Shown here: one piece after another, positions 1 to 9,824 of the stretch
How positions within the stretch are numbered: position 1 is the stretch's first letter
How the letters are laid out: each line of letters starts with the position of its first letter
Source of the DNA: an uncultured Candidatus Saccharibacteria bacterium
GTDB lineage: Bacteria > Patescibacteriota > Saccharimonadia > Saccharimonadales > CAIOMD01
NCBI GenBank assembly: GCA_963716565.1
Contig: OY970318.1
Span: 516,284-580,283 of the forward strand
Direction: 5' to 3'
Length of the DNA: 64,000 nt
Translations under genes and position numbers: made by a program
Notes under the pieces: generated by a model
Database searches by the model: none
Told to the model about the DNA's origin: nothing
What the model saw: the letters and a program-made list of their open reading frames with translations, nothing else

Positions 1-138
1 TTGTGCTGTAATTGATAATGGCGCCAAGCCTTGATCGCTAATTAGCTTAGCCGCCGAACGCTCACTATCGGCCTGCACTTGCGACTTAACTTTTTGACCA
101 GTTTTTGGATCACGAGCTTCGTAATCAAATGTCAGCAT
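1..138 (-). CDS. pilC: Type IV pilus platform protein PilC/GspF family, N-terminal fragment (continues off window)
   Basis: Minus-strand ATG at 138-136, one nt after the pilT stop. It translates MLTFDYEARDPKTGQKVKSQVQADSERSAAKLISDQGLAPLSITAQ, a PilC-like N-terminus. Operon order is pilB-pilT-pilC. Confidence 0.6.
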   Translation of the reverse strand, partial: MLTFDYEARDPKTGQKVKSQVQADSERSAAKLISDQGLAPLSITAQ

Positions 139-139
139 T

Positions 140-1216
140 TTAACCTCTCATTAGTCTATCTAATTCGTCTATATCAACAGCTACCATCCTAGCGTCTTCG
201 TAGGTGATAGTACCGTTATGAATTAAGCTAACTAAGGTTTTGTCCATACTCTGCATGCCATATTCGGCACCAGTCTGGATTACGGCGTCCATTTGGTGGC
301 TCTTGCCTTCGCGAATAATATTACGCACTGCTGGAGTGGCAATTAAGATTTCGGCAGCCACTACCCGACCACCGCCAATAGCTGGCACTAAACGTTGGGA
401 ACAAATAGCCATTAATATGTTAGATAGCTGAGCGCGTATTTGTGGCTGCTGGTGTGGCGGGAATACGTCAACCATGCGATCTACACTTTGGGCGGCACTA
501 TTGGTGTGCAAAGTAGCAAACACTAAGTGCCCTGTTTCGGCTATTGTAATCGCCGAGGCAATTGTTTCTAGGTCGCGCATTTCGCCAATCATTACAACAT
601 TGGGATCTTCACGTAAACAACTCCTTAGGGCGGCCGAAAAACTATAGGTATCGTAGTGTACTTCACGTTGCACCACTATGCTTTTATTGCTTTTGTGAGT
701 GAATTCAATGGGGTCTTCAATGGTGATGATATGTTCTGTACGTTCATGGTTTATCTTGCTTACTAGGGACGCCAAAGTAGTTGACTTACCCGAACCTGTT
801 GGACCAGTAACCAATACCAAGCCCCTAGGAAATTCGGCAAACTTGCTCAGTACCGGCGGCAAACCAAGTTGTTCTATGGTTTGGATTTCGTTAGGTATTA
901 AGCGTAAAGCCGCCGCCAAATTACCACGTTCGTGGAAAGCATTAACCCTGAATCGGCCTAAATCGCCAAAAGCAAAGCTAAAATCGAATTCTTTATCTTT
1001 TAGCAGAATCTGCTTTTGGTCATTATCTAAAATTGCAAAAACTAGAGTTTCAACAGCTTCTTCGTCGAGTATTTCGGCACCGGCAATTGGCTTTAGCGAA
1101 CCATCAACTCTAAGAGTTGGCGGTAGGCCAACTTGCAAATGCAAGTCACTAGCTTTACGCTTTACTACTTCGTCTAGTAAGTTCTCGATTCTTGGTTGTG
1201 CTTGTGTACTGGCCAT
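140..1216 (-). CDS. pilT: Twitching-motility (retraction) ATPase PilT
   Basis: 358 aa. Walker A GPTGSGKST, LHLQVGLPPTLRVDG N-terminus and the AVRNIIREGK motif. Adjacent to pilB. Confidence 0.9.
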   Translation of the reverse strand: MASTQAQPRIENLLDEVVKRKASDLHLQVGLPPTLRVDGSLKPIAGAEILDEEAVETLVFAILDNDQKQILLKDKEFDFSFAFGDLGRFRVNAFHERGNLAAALRLIPNEIQTIEQLGLPPVLSKFAEFPRGLVLVTGPTGSGKSTTLASLVSKINHERTEHIITIEDPIEFTHKSNKSIVVQREVHYDTYSFSAALRSCLREDPNVVMIGEMRDLETIASAITIAETGHLVFATLHTNSAAQSVDRMVDVFPPHQQPQIRAQLSNILMAICSQRLVPAIGGGRVVAAEILIATPAVRNIIREGKSHQMDAVIQTGAEYGMQSMDKTLVSLIHNGTITYEDARMVAVDIDELDRLMRG

Positions 1217-1231
1217 CGTCCCACCTCCTTA

Positions 1232-3010
1232 TTAAGCGCTATCCGATGCTGCAACTCGGTTTATCTCTGACAAAGTTGTCTTTGCGGTTAAAGCCTTAAG
1301 ATATCCGTCTTGGCGCATTGTTATCATGCCCTGCATCTGCGCCAGATTCTGGATTTCGTTACTGGTTGCCCGCTTAATTATTAAATCTTGAATTTCGTCG
1401 GTGACATTAAAGGCTTCGAACAAACCCAACCTGCCTTTATAGCCACTTGGACTGTTAGGGCTTGGCTTGCCCTTGTACAAAGTATAAGCGTTATCACTCC
1501 TAAGTGGCAAGTCGCCATAGCCTAAATCTTCAACAATTGCCTTTTTATTGGAATCGTCTTTGGGCAGTATATTACCAACAACATCGTTAACAGCCCCAAC
1601 TTCTAATTCTGAAGCCTTGTAGGCCTCTGGATTGCCATCTATGCGCCTCACAAGCCGCTGCCCAATAACAGTCCTAACCGTGCTAGCAATTAAGAATGGC
1701 TCAATTTCAAAATCTAAAAGTCTTGGCAAGATGCCGGCGGCCGAATTGGTGTGCATTGTTGATAGTACCAGATGACCGGTTAAGGCAGCTTGGACTGCTA
1801 GGCTAGCGGTTTCTTTGTCGCGAATTTCGCCAACCATAACTACGTCTGGGTCTTGGCGCAAAATTGACCGTAGACCGCTAGCAAAAGTTAATCCAACTTC
1901 GGTATTAACTTGAATTTGGTTAACGCCAGCAATTTTGTATTCAACTGGGTCTTCAAGAGTAACAATGTTAATCTCATCACTCATAATTTCTTGGACTAAG
2001 GCATACATACTGGTTGTTTTACCAGAGCCAGTTGGGCCCGAGGTCAGGACCATGCCGTTAGAGTGCTTAATGCCATCACGTATAGTTCTAAGGGCACGGC
2101 CAGAATAGCCCATTTCTTCAAGTCTTAAGCTAGTACCACTTTTATCTAGCAATCGTATTACTACTTGCTCACCCCAAACTACCGGAGATATGGCAATACG
2201 CAAGTCTATAGCCGAACCCCCAACCGCAATAGTAAACTGCCCATCTTGCGGAATGCGATGTTCGTCAATTTTTAAACTAGATAAAATCTTTATACGAGAT
2301 ACTAATGGGGCTTCAGTAGCCTTAGGCAACATCATAATCTCTTTTAATACACCGTCGATTCGAGCCCTAATTTTAAGCTTATCTTCTAGTGGCTCAATAT
2401 GAATATCGCTAGCCTTATTTTTGGCCGCATAATCTAATATAGATGTTAATGCCTTGCTGATTGGCGAGTCTTGAACCAAAGTTTGTATAGACTCACTACT
2501 ACTAGATACCGACTGGCCCTCGCCACCTTCTCGTTTGTCCACGGCATCTGCTACGTCTTGGCTGACATCAACTTCGTATTGCCTAAGAACGTTTTCTATT
2601 CCTTCTTCACTGGCTAAATAAACCTTTAGCGATCGATTAATTCTATTAGACAAGAAGTCTACGGCCTGTACATTATCGGCGTCTATCATGGCCACTACCA
2701 AGCGGTTTTGCATTTCGCCCAGCGGGACTGCCATGTATCTAGAGGCAATTTCTTGTGGCAATAACTTGAGTATTTCGGGTTTTATACGAACGTTGAGCAA
2801 ATTAACATACGGCACTTTTGTCACTTGCGATATAGCTTTTGTAAGCTCTTCGTTAGTAATATAACCGCCGCCAATCAGCAAAGAAATAAATGGCTCGCCA
2901 GAAGTTTTGGCCTTTTCTTGAATTTGCTTTAACTCTCCAACGCTGATTAAACCTTTTTGGATTAGTAATTCTTCTACTTGTTTTCTGGTATCTGTTAGTA
3001 AGATGCTCAT
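1232..3010 (-). CDS. pilB: Type IV pilus assembly ATPase PilB (GspE family)
   Basis: 592 aa. N-terminal GspE-N-like region, Walker A GPTGSGKTT and GHLVLSTMHTNSA. Confidence 0.9.
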   Translation of the reverse strand: MSILLTDTRKQVEELLIQKGLISVGELKQIQEKAKTSGEPFISLLIGGGYITNEELTKAISQVTKVPYVNLLNVRIKPEILKLLPQEIASRYMAVPLGEMQNRLVVAMIDADNVQAVDFLSNRINRSLKVYLASEEGIENVLRQYEVDVSQDVADAVDKREGGEGQSVSSSSESIQTLVQDSPISKALTSILDYAAKNKASDIHIEPLEDKLKIRARIDGVLKEIMMLPKATEAPLVSRIKILSSLKIDEHRIPQDGQFTIAVGGSAIDLRIAISPVVWGEQVVIRLLDKSGTSLRLEEMGYSGRALRTIRDGIKHSNGMVLTSGPTGSGKTTSMYALVQEIMSDEINIVTLEDPVEYKIAGVNQIQVNTEVGLTFASGLRSILRQDPDVVMVGEIRDKETASLAVQAALTGHLVLSTMHTNSAAGILPRLLDFEIEPFLIASTVRTVIGQRLVRRIDGNPEAYKASELEVGAVNDVVGNILPKDDSNKKAIVEDLGYGDLPLRSDNAYTLYKGKPSPNSPSGYKGRLGLFEAFNVTDEIQDLIIKRATSNEIQNLAQMQGMITMRQDGYLKALTAKTTLSEINRVAASDSA

Positions 3011-3053
3011 TTGCTAATTTTGTTTAACGCCAAGCTGATAGTTGGCAGATATT

Positions 3054-3296
3054 TTAGTCACTAAGGGCATCCGGGTTATTGTTGCCGCCTATTTGAATGT
3101 CTACCGTTGGGTTTATAGAATTATCATTAAAGTAACGAGTGCTTGGGCTGTTAAACTCAGCACTAATCGGCTCCACTTTTGGCGCTTTTAGGTTATAAGC
3201 TTTGCTGCCACCAAATATTAAACTAGATATCACCATGCTAAATATGCCCGACATGATGGCTATGGCAACTATGACTGTTATGTCTTTCTTTTTCAT
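3054..3296 (-). CDS. Small single-TM protein in the pilus operon (function unknown)
   Basis: 80 aa. It has an N-terminal TM helix (ITVIVAIAIMSGIFSMVISSLIF) and lies between the pilO-like gene and pilB on the same strand. Confidence 0.4.
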   Translation of the reverse strand: MKKKDITVIVAIAIMSGIFSMVISSLIFGGSKAYNLKAPKVEPISAEFNSPSTRYFNDNSINPTVDIQIGGNNNPDALSD

Positions 3297-3305
3297 GGTG
3301 ACTAT

Positions 3306-3995
3306 TTAATTATCTCCTATTATCTGACCGCTCTTACTTACAGTGTACTGTTGGATATCTAATAATTTTTCTGGCTGATAGTAAGTCACTGCCGAAATTT
3401 CTGCTACCATGGCAGTATCAGCCGCCCTAAGCGTAATTGAGGTTATTTCGAATGGCCTAATAGACAATTCGAATCTATCAACCAAGGCCTGGATTGCAGT
3501 CAAGCTACCAGTAACATCAATAGAAAAAGGAATTTCTACGGGCTGTGGATTAATGCTATCATTTTCAGCTTGAGCTTCTTCGTCAATGCCACTTATAGAC
3601 CTTAGGGTCATCCCGCTGTCACGCACTATGGCCTCAATGCTTGCCGTTAACGCCGGGAAGTCATATTTGCTAGGTAGGGCATCGAGTATTATTTTGGGGT
3701 TGTTATCGGCCGTACCAATTACCGATTCCGCAGAGCTCTCGAATTGCCCATAAGCTTCAACTATGGAATCCGTGGCGCCAACATTAACTTTAAGTTGCTT
3801 ATTAGCCTCATCTCTTAGGCCGATTACCTTACCCTGATAAGACATCTGCTTAGAAAGAGCAGCTATCGCAAATATCGAAAAGATCACCACTGCAGTAGTA
3901 ACTGCCGCCGCATATAGAATAATGGAGTTATTCTTGTCTACAAGCAGATGCTTGGCTGATGTTTTTACTTTGGACGACGTAGTGGTAATTTTCAT
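3306..3995 (-). CDS. pilO: PilO-like pilus assembly protein
   Basis: 229 aa. One N-terminal TM helix followed by an extracytoplasmic domain, located directly after pilN. The call rests on architecture and context. Confidence 0.5.
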   Translation of the reverse strand: MKITTTSSKVKTSAKHLLVDKNNSIILYAAAVTTAVVIFSIFAIAALSKQMSYQGKVIGLRDEANKQLKVNVGATDSIVEAYGQFESSAESVIGTADNNPKIILDALPSKYDFPALTASIEAIVRDSGMTLRSISGIDEEAQAENDSINPQPVEIPFSIDVTGSLTAIQALVDRFELSIRPFEITSITLRAADTAMVAEISAVTYYQPEKLLDIQQYTVSKSGQIIGDN

Positions 3996-3999
3996 TATA

Positions 4000-4710
4000 T
4001 TAAAGCTCCTGCGTAGTATTTACATCTTCGCTCTGATTGGTTTCTGGTTGTGCTTGGAATAGTAAATCTGGTTGTTCGGTTTGTGAGCGAGTAGATATAA
4101 TGTTTGGAATTATTAAAGTTACCTGCTCGTAGTCGCTGCTAAATATGTTACTGTCAAAAAATAGAGAGATGGAATAGCTATAATTTGTTGTTGCCTTGCT
4201 AAAAGTATTCAGCACTACCGAAGAAAAAGCCGGCAATTGTTCGTCTGACTGATCGGTGCTATATGCTGTGAATTTTAAAGTATCAACAAACTTATTAATT
4301 AACTCTAACGTCTTTGCTGAGCCATTAATCACAACCGAAGAATCTTCATATTCTAGTGTTATATCGCCAACATAAACATCTATAGGAGTTATCTGTGGCA
4401 TAAAGTCAAACAAACGGCTAGTAACCGGCTTTTGGTCATGCAAATCAGTTAAACTATCTAGTTGATTTTGAATAGTAAGGATTTTATTTAGGCCATTAAC
4501 ACTTTGTAGTTCAGAGCTGCTAGCCACAATTTCTTTATCTAGTTTATTCAGTGTGACTTTTTGGGAGCCATAGGCAATACCAACTAATATCACGACTATG
4601 GCAATAGCCACTCCGCAAATAGCAGTAGCAGTCATTATTGTTAGGTGCTTGGTTCGCTCAGTAGAAATAAACTTGGTTTTAACGTCTGGTAATAAATTCA
4701 GCTGAATCAT
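4000..4710 (-). CDS. pilN: PilN-like pilus assembly protein
   Basis: 236 aa. It starts MIQLNLLPD (the PilN NLLP signature), has a single TM helix and follows pilM. Confidence 0.65.
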   Translation of the reverse strand: MIQLNLLPDVKTKFISTERTKHLTIMTATAICGVAIAIVVILVGIAYGSQKVTLNKLDKEIVASSSELQSVNGLNKILTIQNQLDSLTDLHDQKPVTSRLFDFMPQITPIDVYVGDITLEYEDSSVVINGSAKTLELINKFVDTLKFTAYSTDQSDEQLPAFSSVVLNTFSKATTNYSYSISLFFDSNIFSSDYEQVTLIIPNIISTRSQTEQPDLLFQAQPETNQSEDVNTTQEL

Positions 4711-4717
4711 TTTTTGC

Positions 4718-5759
4718 CTACAGTACCCTCTCCGCTAAGCCCGCCGCTACACTAAAATGATTAGACACAGCCAGTAGCTCATTCTGGTTTTCGGGTGGGA
4801 AGGATACATTGCGCCAAGCATTACCAATTTCGACATTAATGCCAAATTTATTAGCCAGATAAAGAGGAAATTCCGGCAAAACAGAAGCGCCACCAGTAAC
4901 AATAATTTTTTCTAAGTTAGAGCCCTGGTAACGCGTTTGATAGAACTTAATAGATTTTTCTATTTCCGAAACTAGGCCGTCAACCGTGTTAATGATAGCG
5001 TTATATATTTGGCCTTCAAGTTTATCTTGGCTTAAGCCAAACTTATAAACAAATTGTTCAGCTTGTTTTTCGTCTATATTAAGATTTTGGACTGCAGACT
5101 TAATAATCGCGCTATTGCCTACCGAAATATAGCGCATTAATCTTGGGCCACCATTTACACAAATAACTAAGTCGGTTCCGTACATCCCCATGTCTATAGC
5201 CATCTGTGGGCTTACGGCGTCCGTGGCAATAACTGCTCTGGCCATAGCTAGTGGCTCCGGCTCGAAAGCAATAACATTTAGGCCGATTCCCTCTAGCATA
5301 TCTAACCGTTGTTCGATGTATTCATTCGGTACACTAGATAGAAGAATTTCTACTTTATTTGGGCCAGCGGGAGAATCACCTAAATAAGCCCAATCAATTT
5401 TACTTTCGATCAATTGGAGTTGGAATTAAAGTATCAGCCTGGTAGTGGATAGTTTTATCTAGTTCTGACTTACTGAGCTTTTCTATATCAACCACCGTGC
5501 TGAATACCTTCTGAGCCGGTAAACCAACAGCTACATTCTTGGTGGTCACTTTTAATTGGCCCACCAATTCCCTGATGATATTAGCTACTTTTTGCTGGTC
5601 AGCTTTAGCGTCACTTAAGACCAGTTTTGATTCTATTGGTACTAATCCGTATTTTTCCAGTTCTTTAACTGGCCCACCACCTCTTAGTTGTACCAAGCGG
5701 ATGGCCGAAGTTCCAATATCTAATCCAAAAAAGTCCTTGACGCCACTTAGGACACCCAT
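4718..5759 (-). pseudogene. pilM: PilM (actin-like ATPase of the pilus alignment complex), split into 119-aa and 231-aa ORFs by a +1 frame change near 5408
   Basis: The N-terminal ORF 5400-5759 (FFGLDIGTSAIRLVQL, ...LIPTPIDRK*) and the C-terminal ORF 4718-5413 (TTG, IESKIDWAYLG...) overlap by 14 nt. Together they make 350 aa, the normal PilM length. Removing the C of GATCGAA gives a continuous PTPIDESKIDWAYLG. Confidence 0.6.
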
Positions 5760-5816
5760 GCCTTAAATTGTAGCATAAGCTTTATGTAATCAAGAAGTTA
5801 TTTATTGGATTTGGCA

Positions 5817-8096
5817 TTAAAATACAGGCGGCAGGCTTTTGATGCTATCGATACCGTTATCGGTAATAGAGGGAGCATCGCCGCCCATCCATCTACTCAG
5901 CAACATTTCTGGGCTAAAGATAAATTCTTCGGCGGGGATATTAGTGGCAAGCGTACCACCTGTACGCCAGTATTTGATGTTGCCCAAAGCTTCAAAGGCG
6001 CCGTAGACCTTTAGCGTGCCAGTGCAACTGCTATAGCCTGGGAAAGAACCGTCCGAGGAACAGGTATATATATTACCCGTAGCAAAGTAAAAGCCATCTA
6101 GCTGAGTGACACTAGGGCTAATGTAGATATTACCGCTAACTATTAAACGATAGCTGGGTATGTTAGATCTTTCGGTGCCCCAGTCACTTGCATATGTAAT
6201 ATTGCCGTTTATGAAAGCATCGCCGTTAACGTAAGTTGTTTTGTGCTCACCAATGTCTATGGTATCGCTACTTATAGTAAGGTCACCTGCAGCTGGAGGA
6301 CTAGGTAGGGCATAATATTCTTCAGCAAAGTAATCGGTGCAAGCTCCAGTATCACCCCAGTCGGCACCGAATGTGCCACTGGTGTTGGCAAAAGTTAAAC
6401 GCTTAGGGTTGGTCGAGTTGCTAGTAGCGCCCGAGAAGAAGCCTTTTTTGTCGTCTATCCCGTTACCATTTATTTGATCGTATACAAACAAGGCATATTG
6501 GGAGCTAGAGCCAATGTAGGCAGTTTCGGCATTGTTCTTTCTGGCCCAGGTATAAACACTGCCTCCGCCAGCATTACAAAAGTTTACGTCGAGACCTTTG
6601 AACTTAACTATGGGGCGAGCAATAATACGAGCACAAGCCATAGATGGGTTATTGCTAACAGTTGCCGTACCGGCGTCTGTTATATAAAGATATTGGCAGA
6701 TTTGGGAGCCAATAGATACACTTGTTTCGGCGACAGTTAAAGCGTCGACGCCAATAGAAGTATGGCCCCTGGAAGTGACACTAACGGAGCCAGCGCCAAT
6801 AGATATGTTTGTATAGCCGGTTGTAGGCCAGCCGGTTTCTGGGCTAGTATTAGAATCATAGACTTTTTGCCTGACTTGATAGTTAGCCGTGAAATTAGAA
6901 GTGAAATTCTCTACGGATATCCCGTGACTAAAATTCGGCAAATCACCTGCATCATTTGGCTCAACTGCAGTTTTATCGACGCTAGATTGAGGCTCAACGT
7001 CGGCAGTGACAACAAAGTGAGCCGTTAGAGTGACGGGCTCGGCAGGCATATCATACGAAAAATTGTCATCCATAGCTCCTGTATTATCGGCGCTTCTTGA
7101 ACTAGTCCAGTTAGTAAATCTATAACCCTTTTTTTTGGTAAAGCTAACGTCAGGCCAATCCGTATCTAGATAGGTACCGCCACCGCTAATGCTAGTAACA
7201 GCAGCAGATGGATCTGCTACTACCGTTAATGTGTACTTGCTTCTTTTAAAATGAGCCGTTAGAGTAACGTCCTGAGCAGGCATATCATAGTAAAAAAGGT
7301 TATCTTTATGGTCAACATCATCGGCGGCTCTTGAACTACTCCAGTAATCAAAATCCCAGCCTGTATTTTTCCATGCCCCAACTTGAGGCCAGTCGTCGTC
7401 GCTAAAATTGCCTCCACCGGTAGCGCTACCACCTCCGGCTGGGTCCGCCTCTGTAGTTAATAAGTATTGCTGTGAAGTTCTCTCGTAACAAAACCAGGCT
7501 GTACTACCCCAAGTGACGCCCGTTACACCATTATCCGCGATGGCTTTATCAAACGCCGCCTTGACACTGCTACTTCTGTATATTGTGTTGCTAACAAGAT
7601 TGTAATCACCGCTGGGATCGAAACTGGTCAAACTAGCGCTATTAGAACCATCACTATTATATAGATGTTTATAAATTGCCAGTTTCGCGCTTGGATCATA
7701 TCCTCTGCCTATTTCACTGCTAATATTATATATAAAGTATCCGTCGGCAAAAGAACAGGCATTGTCGAGCATATTCTTGAAGTTCTGAAGTGCCGCCGTA
7801 GTTATCTCCAAAGAGCCTCGGTGGTAGGTGCCGCCGATTTTACCCCAAATTCCATGGCTACCAACCGCACGATCTCTAGTCATATAAATCCAATACTCTT
7901 CGCAGCCGGTAGCTGGATAGTATAGAGTATGGCCGCTGCAGTTAGAGCCACCATCACCACCTCCGTCCGAGTCACCCGACGCGAAATCAGCCTTTGTATT
8001 ATTGGTTAGACTTAATAGCGGGACAACAAGGAGTGCAAGAATAAACCCACTTGCTCGAATCGGATGCCAAAACGTGTTCGCTGCTCTTACTACCAA
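5817..8096 (-). CDS. Large secreted or surface protein with tandem InlB-B-repeat-like modules
   Basis: 759 aa. TTG start 2 nt after the upstream stop. Hydrophobic N-terminal signal or anchor (ASGFILALLVVPLLSL). Two tandem 78-aa repeats each end in DMPA..VTLTAHF, visible as a DNA repeat at 7017-7057 versus 7251-7290. The C-terminal half is rich in Gly, Ser and Thr. Confidence 0.6.
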   Translation of the reverse strand: MVVRAANTFWHPIRASGFILALLVVPLLSLTNNTKADFASGDSDGGGDGGSNCSGHTLYYPATGCEEYWIYMTRDRAVGSHGIWGKIGGTYHRGSLEITTAALQNFKNMLDNACSFADGYFIYNISSEIGRGYDPSAKLAIYKHLYNSDGSNSASLTSFDPSGDYNLVSNTIYRSSSVKAAFDKAIADNGVTGVTWGSTAWFCYERTSQQYLLTTEADPAGGGSATGGGNFSDDDWPQVGAWKNTGWDFDYWSSSRAADDVDHKDNLFYYDMPAQDVTLTAHFKRSKYTLTVVADPSAAVTSISGGGTYLDTDWPDVSFTKKKGYRFTNWTSSRSADNTGAMDDNFSYDMPAEPVTLTAHFVVTADVEPQSSVDKTAVEPNDAGDLPNFSHGISVENFTSNFTANYQVRQKVYDSNTSPETGWPTTGYTNISIGAGSVSVTSRGHTSIGVDALTVAETSVSIGSQICQYLYITDAGTATVSNNPSMACARIIARPIVKFKGLDVNFCNAGGGSVYTWARKNNAETAYIGSSSQYALFVYDQINGNGIDDKKGFFSGATSNSTNPKRLTFANTSGTFGADWGDTGACTDYFAEEYYALPSPPAAGDLTISSDTIDIGEHKTTYVNGDAFINGNITYASDWGTERSNIPSYRLIVSGNIYISPSVTQLDGFYFATGNIYTCSSDGSFPGYSSCTGTLKVYGAFEALGNIKYWRTGGTLATNIPAEEFIFSPEMLLSRWMGGDAPSITDNGIDSIKSLPPVF

Positions 8097-8098
8097 TC

Positions 8099-8620
8099 TT
8101 AATCCTCTCCATTTATGATAACCCGCAGGGTAGGTATGGAATATAAATCTATGTCGATTTCGCCGTTGACATATTGTCCTTCTTTATTCATCTCCACGAT
8201 TAGACCGGCCGTCTGCTTCATATTGACGACATCGCCTTGACGCTGATAATTAGAAAACAGCATATATTGACAAGTTGGGTCCTTGGTTGAATCCGCTAAC
8301 GCTTGAATTTCATTAGCCAGCTCGTTGAAATCCGCTTCGTATTGTTGGTTTTCTGCGTCTGTTTCGGGTTGTCGAGCTCTAATTTGGTTGTATCTATCGA
8401 TAATATTATTACCGCACACTTGGTAAACCAGGGTAATATTTTGCTTTGGATTTTTGATGCCAATATAAACTAAGCCGCTAAACACCAAGCCGGCTATTAC
8501 GGCAGCTACGACAATCAGCCCGGCGAAAATTAGAATTAATCGTTTATGATTCTTCTTTATGGCTACTAGAGATGTTTTAACCGTTTCATTTATTTCTGTT
8601 TGACCGGATTCATTACCCAT
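8099..8620 (-). CDS. Membrane-anchored hypothetical protein
   Basis: 173 aa. It has an N-terminal TM helix (LILIFAGLIVVAAVIAGLVFSGLVYIG) and no recognisable domain. Confidence 0.5.
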   Translation of the reverse strand: MGNESGQTEINETVKTSLVAIKKNHKRLILIFAGLIVVAAVIAGLVFSGLVYIGIKNPKQNITLVYQVCGNNIIDRYNQIRARQPETDAENQQYEADFNELANEIQALADSTKDPTCQYMLFSNYQRQGDVVNMKQTAGLIVEMNKEGQYVNGEIDIDLYSIPTLRVIINGED

Positions 8621-8738
8621 ATATTCTCAGCCTCTTATTTATATTGGTATTATATGATTAAGCATAAGCAAAGTCTAGGCTCTAACATGTAGCTACTGTG
8701 GTTAATATTTAACTTATGATATCTGTTATACTTGCCGT

Positions 8739-9815
8739 ATGTCCTTATCGATTGGGATAGTAGGATTGCCAAACGTTGGCAAGTCTACCCTGTTTAATGC
8801 CCTAACCAACAACAATATTTTGGTAGCCAATTACCCTTTTGCTACCATTGAGCCCAACACCGGCATTGTGCCGATACCAGATGAGCGATTATTAAAGCTA
8901 GCCGAACTTTATAAGACCCAAAAGATTGTGCCCGCTACCGTAACTTTTACAGACATTGCTGGCTTAGTAGCCGGTGCTAGCGAAGGCCAAGGTTTAGGCA
9001 ATAAGTTTTTGAGCCATATTCGTGAATGTGCCGCCATTGCCCAAGTGGTTCGCGCTTATCACGACGATAACGTGCAGCACGTGAACAACAAAATTGATCC
9101 ATCCAACGACATTGAAATTATTAATACCGAGTTAGTGCTAGCCGACCTGCAAACCCTGCAAAAAAGGCTGCCTTTTATAGAAAAAGAATGCAGAGCTAAT
9201 CCCAAATTAAAACCTCAAGCCGAAGCTTACAAAAAAGCATATGACATCTTAAATGACGGCCAATTATTAAGCTCTGCTAACGATTTAGACTCTGAATTAT
9301 TGGCCGATTTACAACTATTAACAACCAAGCCAATCATTTATGTATTCAATGTAGATGAACAAACCCTAGCCGACGAAGCCATGCAACAAAAACTAGCCAA
9401 ATTAGTACCAAGCAACGAAGCAATTTTTGTTTGCGCCAAGTTAGAAGATGAGTTAAAAAGCTTAGAACCAGAAGAAGCAACCGAGCTACTAAAAAGTTAT
9501 GGGGTTAAAGAGTCTGGGCTGCTTAAACTAATTAATGCCGCCTATAAAACGCTGGGGTTACAAAGCTACTTAACGGCTGGCGAAAAAGAAGTACGGGCTT
9601 GGACTATTCCTACTGGCGCTACTGCCCCACAAGCTGCTGGTGTAATTCATACCGACTTCGAAAAAGGCTTCATTGTTGCCGAGATTGTAGATTATAACGA
9701 TTTGATTACGGCTGGCTCAAAAGCTACCGCCCGTACCAACGGCAAGCTCCGTACCGAAGGCAAAACCTACGTAATGCAACCTAACGACGTCGTCGAATTT
9801 AGATTTAATGTATAA
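8739..9815 (+). CDS. ychF: Ribosome-binding ATPase YchF
   Basis: 358 aa. G1 motif GIVGLPNVGKSTLFNALT and the YchF C-terminal TGS-like end (AWTIPTGATAPQAAGVIHTDFEKGFI). Confidence 0.9.
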   Translation: MSLSIGIVGLPNVGKSTLFNALTNNNILVANYPFATIEPNTGIVPIPDERLLKLAELYKTQKIVPATVTFTDIAGLVAGASEGQGLGNKFLSHIRECAAIAQVVRAYHDDNVQHVNNKIDPSNDIEIINTELVLADLQTLQKRLPFIEKECRANPKLKPQAEAYKKAYDILNDGQLLSSANDLDSELLADLQLLTTKPIIYVFNVDEQTLADEAMQQKLAKLVPSNEAIFVCAKLEDELKSLEPEEATELLKSYGVKESGLLKLINAAYKTLGLQSYLTAGEKEVRAWTIPTGATAPQAAGVIHTDFEKGFIVAEIVDYNDLITAGSKATARTNGKLRTEGKTYVMQPNDVVEFRFNV

Positions 9816-9824
9816 TCCACAAAT

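Noticed and set aside
699-1235. A 178-aa plus-strand ORF antisense to pilT. Similar antisense or alternate-frame ORFs appear throughout the track, for example 240-431, 2190-2402, 19512-19847, 20664-21056, 50348-50644 and 57914-58252.
   Set aside because: Each lies fully inside a strongly conserved gene on the opposite strand or in another frame. They have Ser/Leu/Pro-rich low-complexity translations and no start-site signals. They are shadow ORFs.
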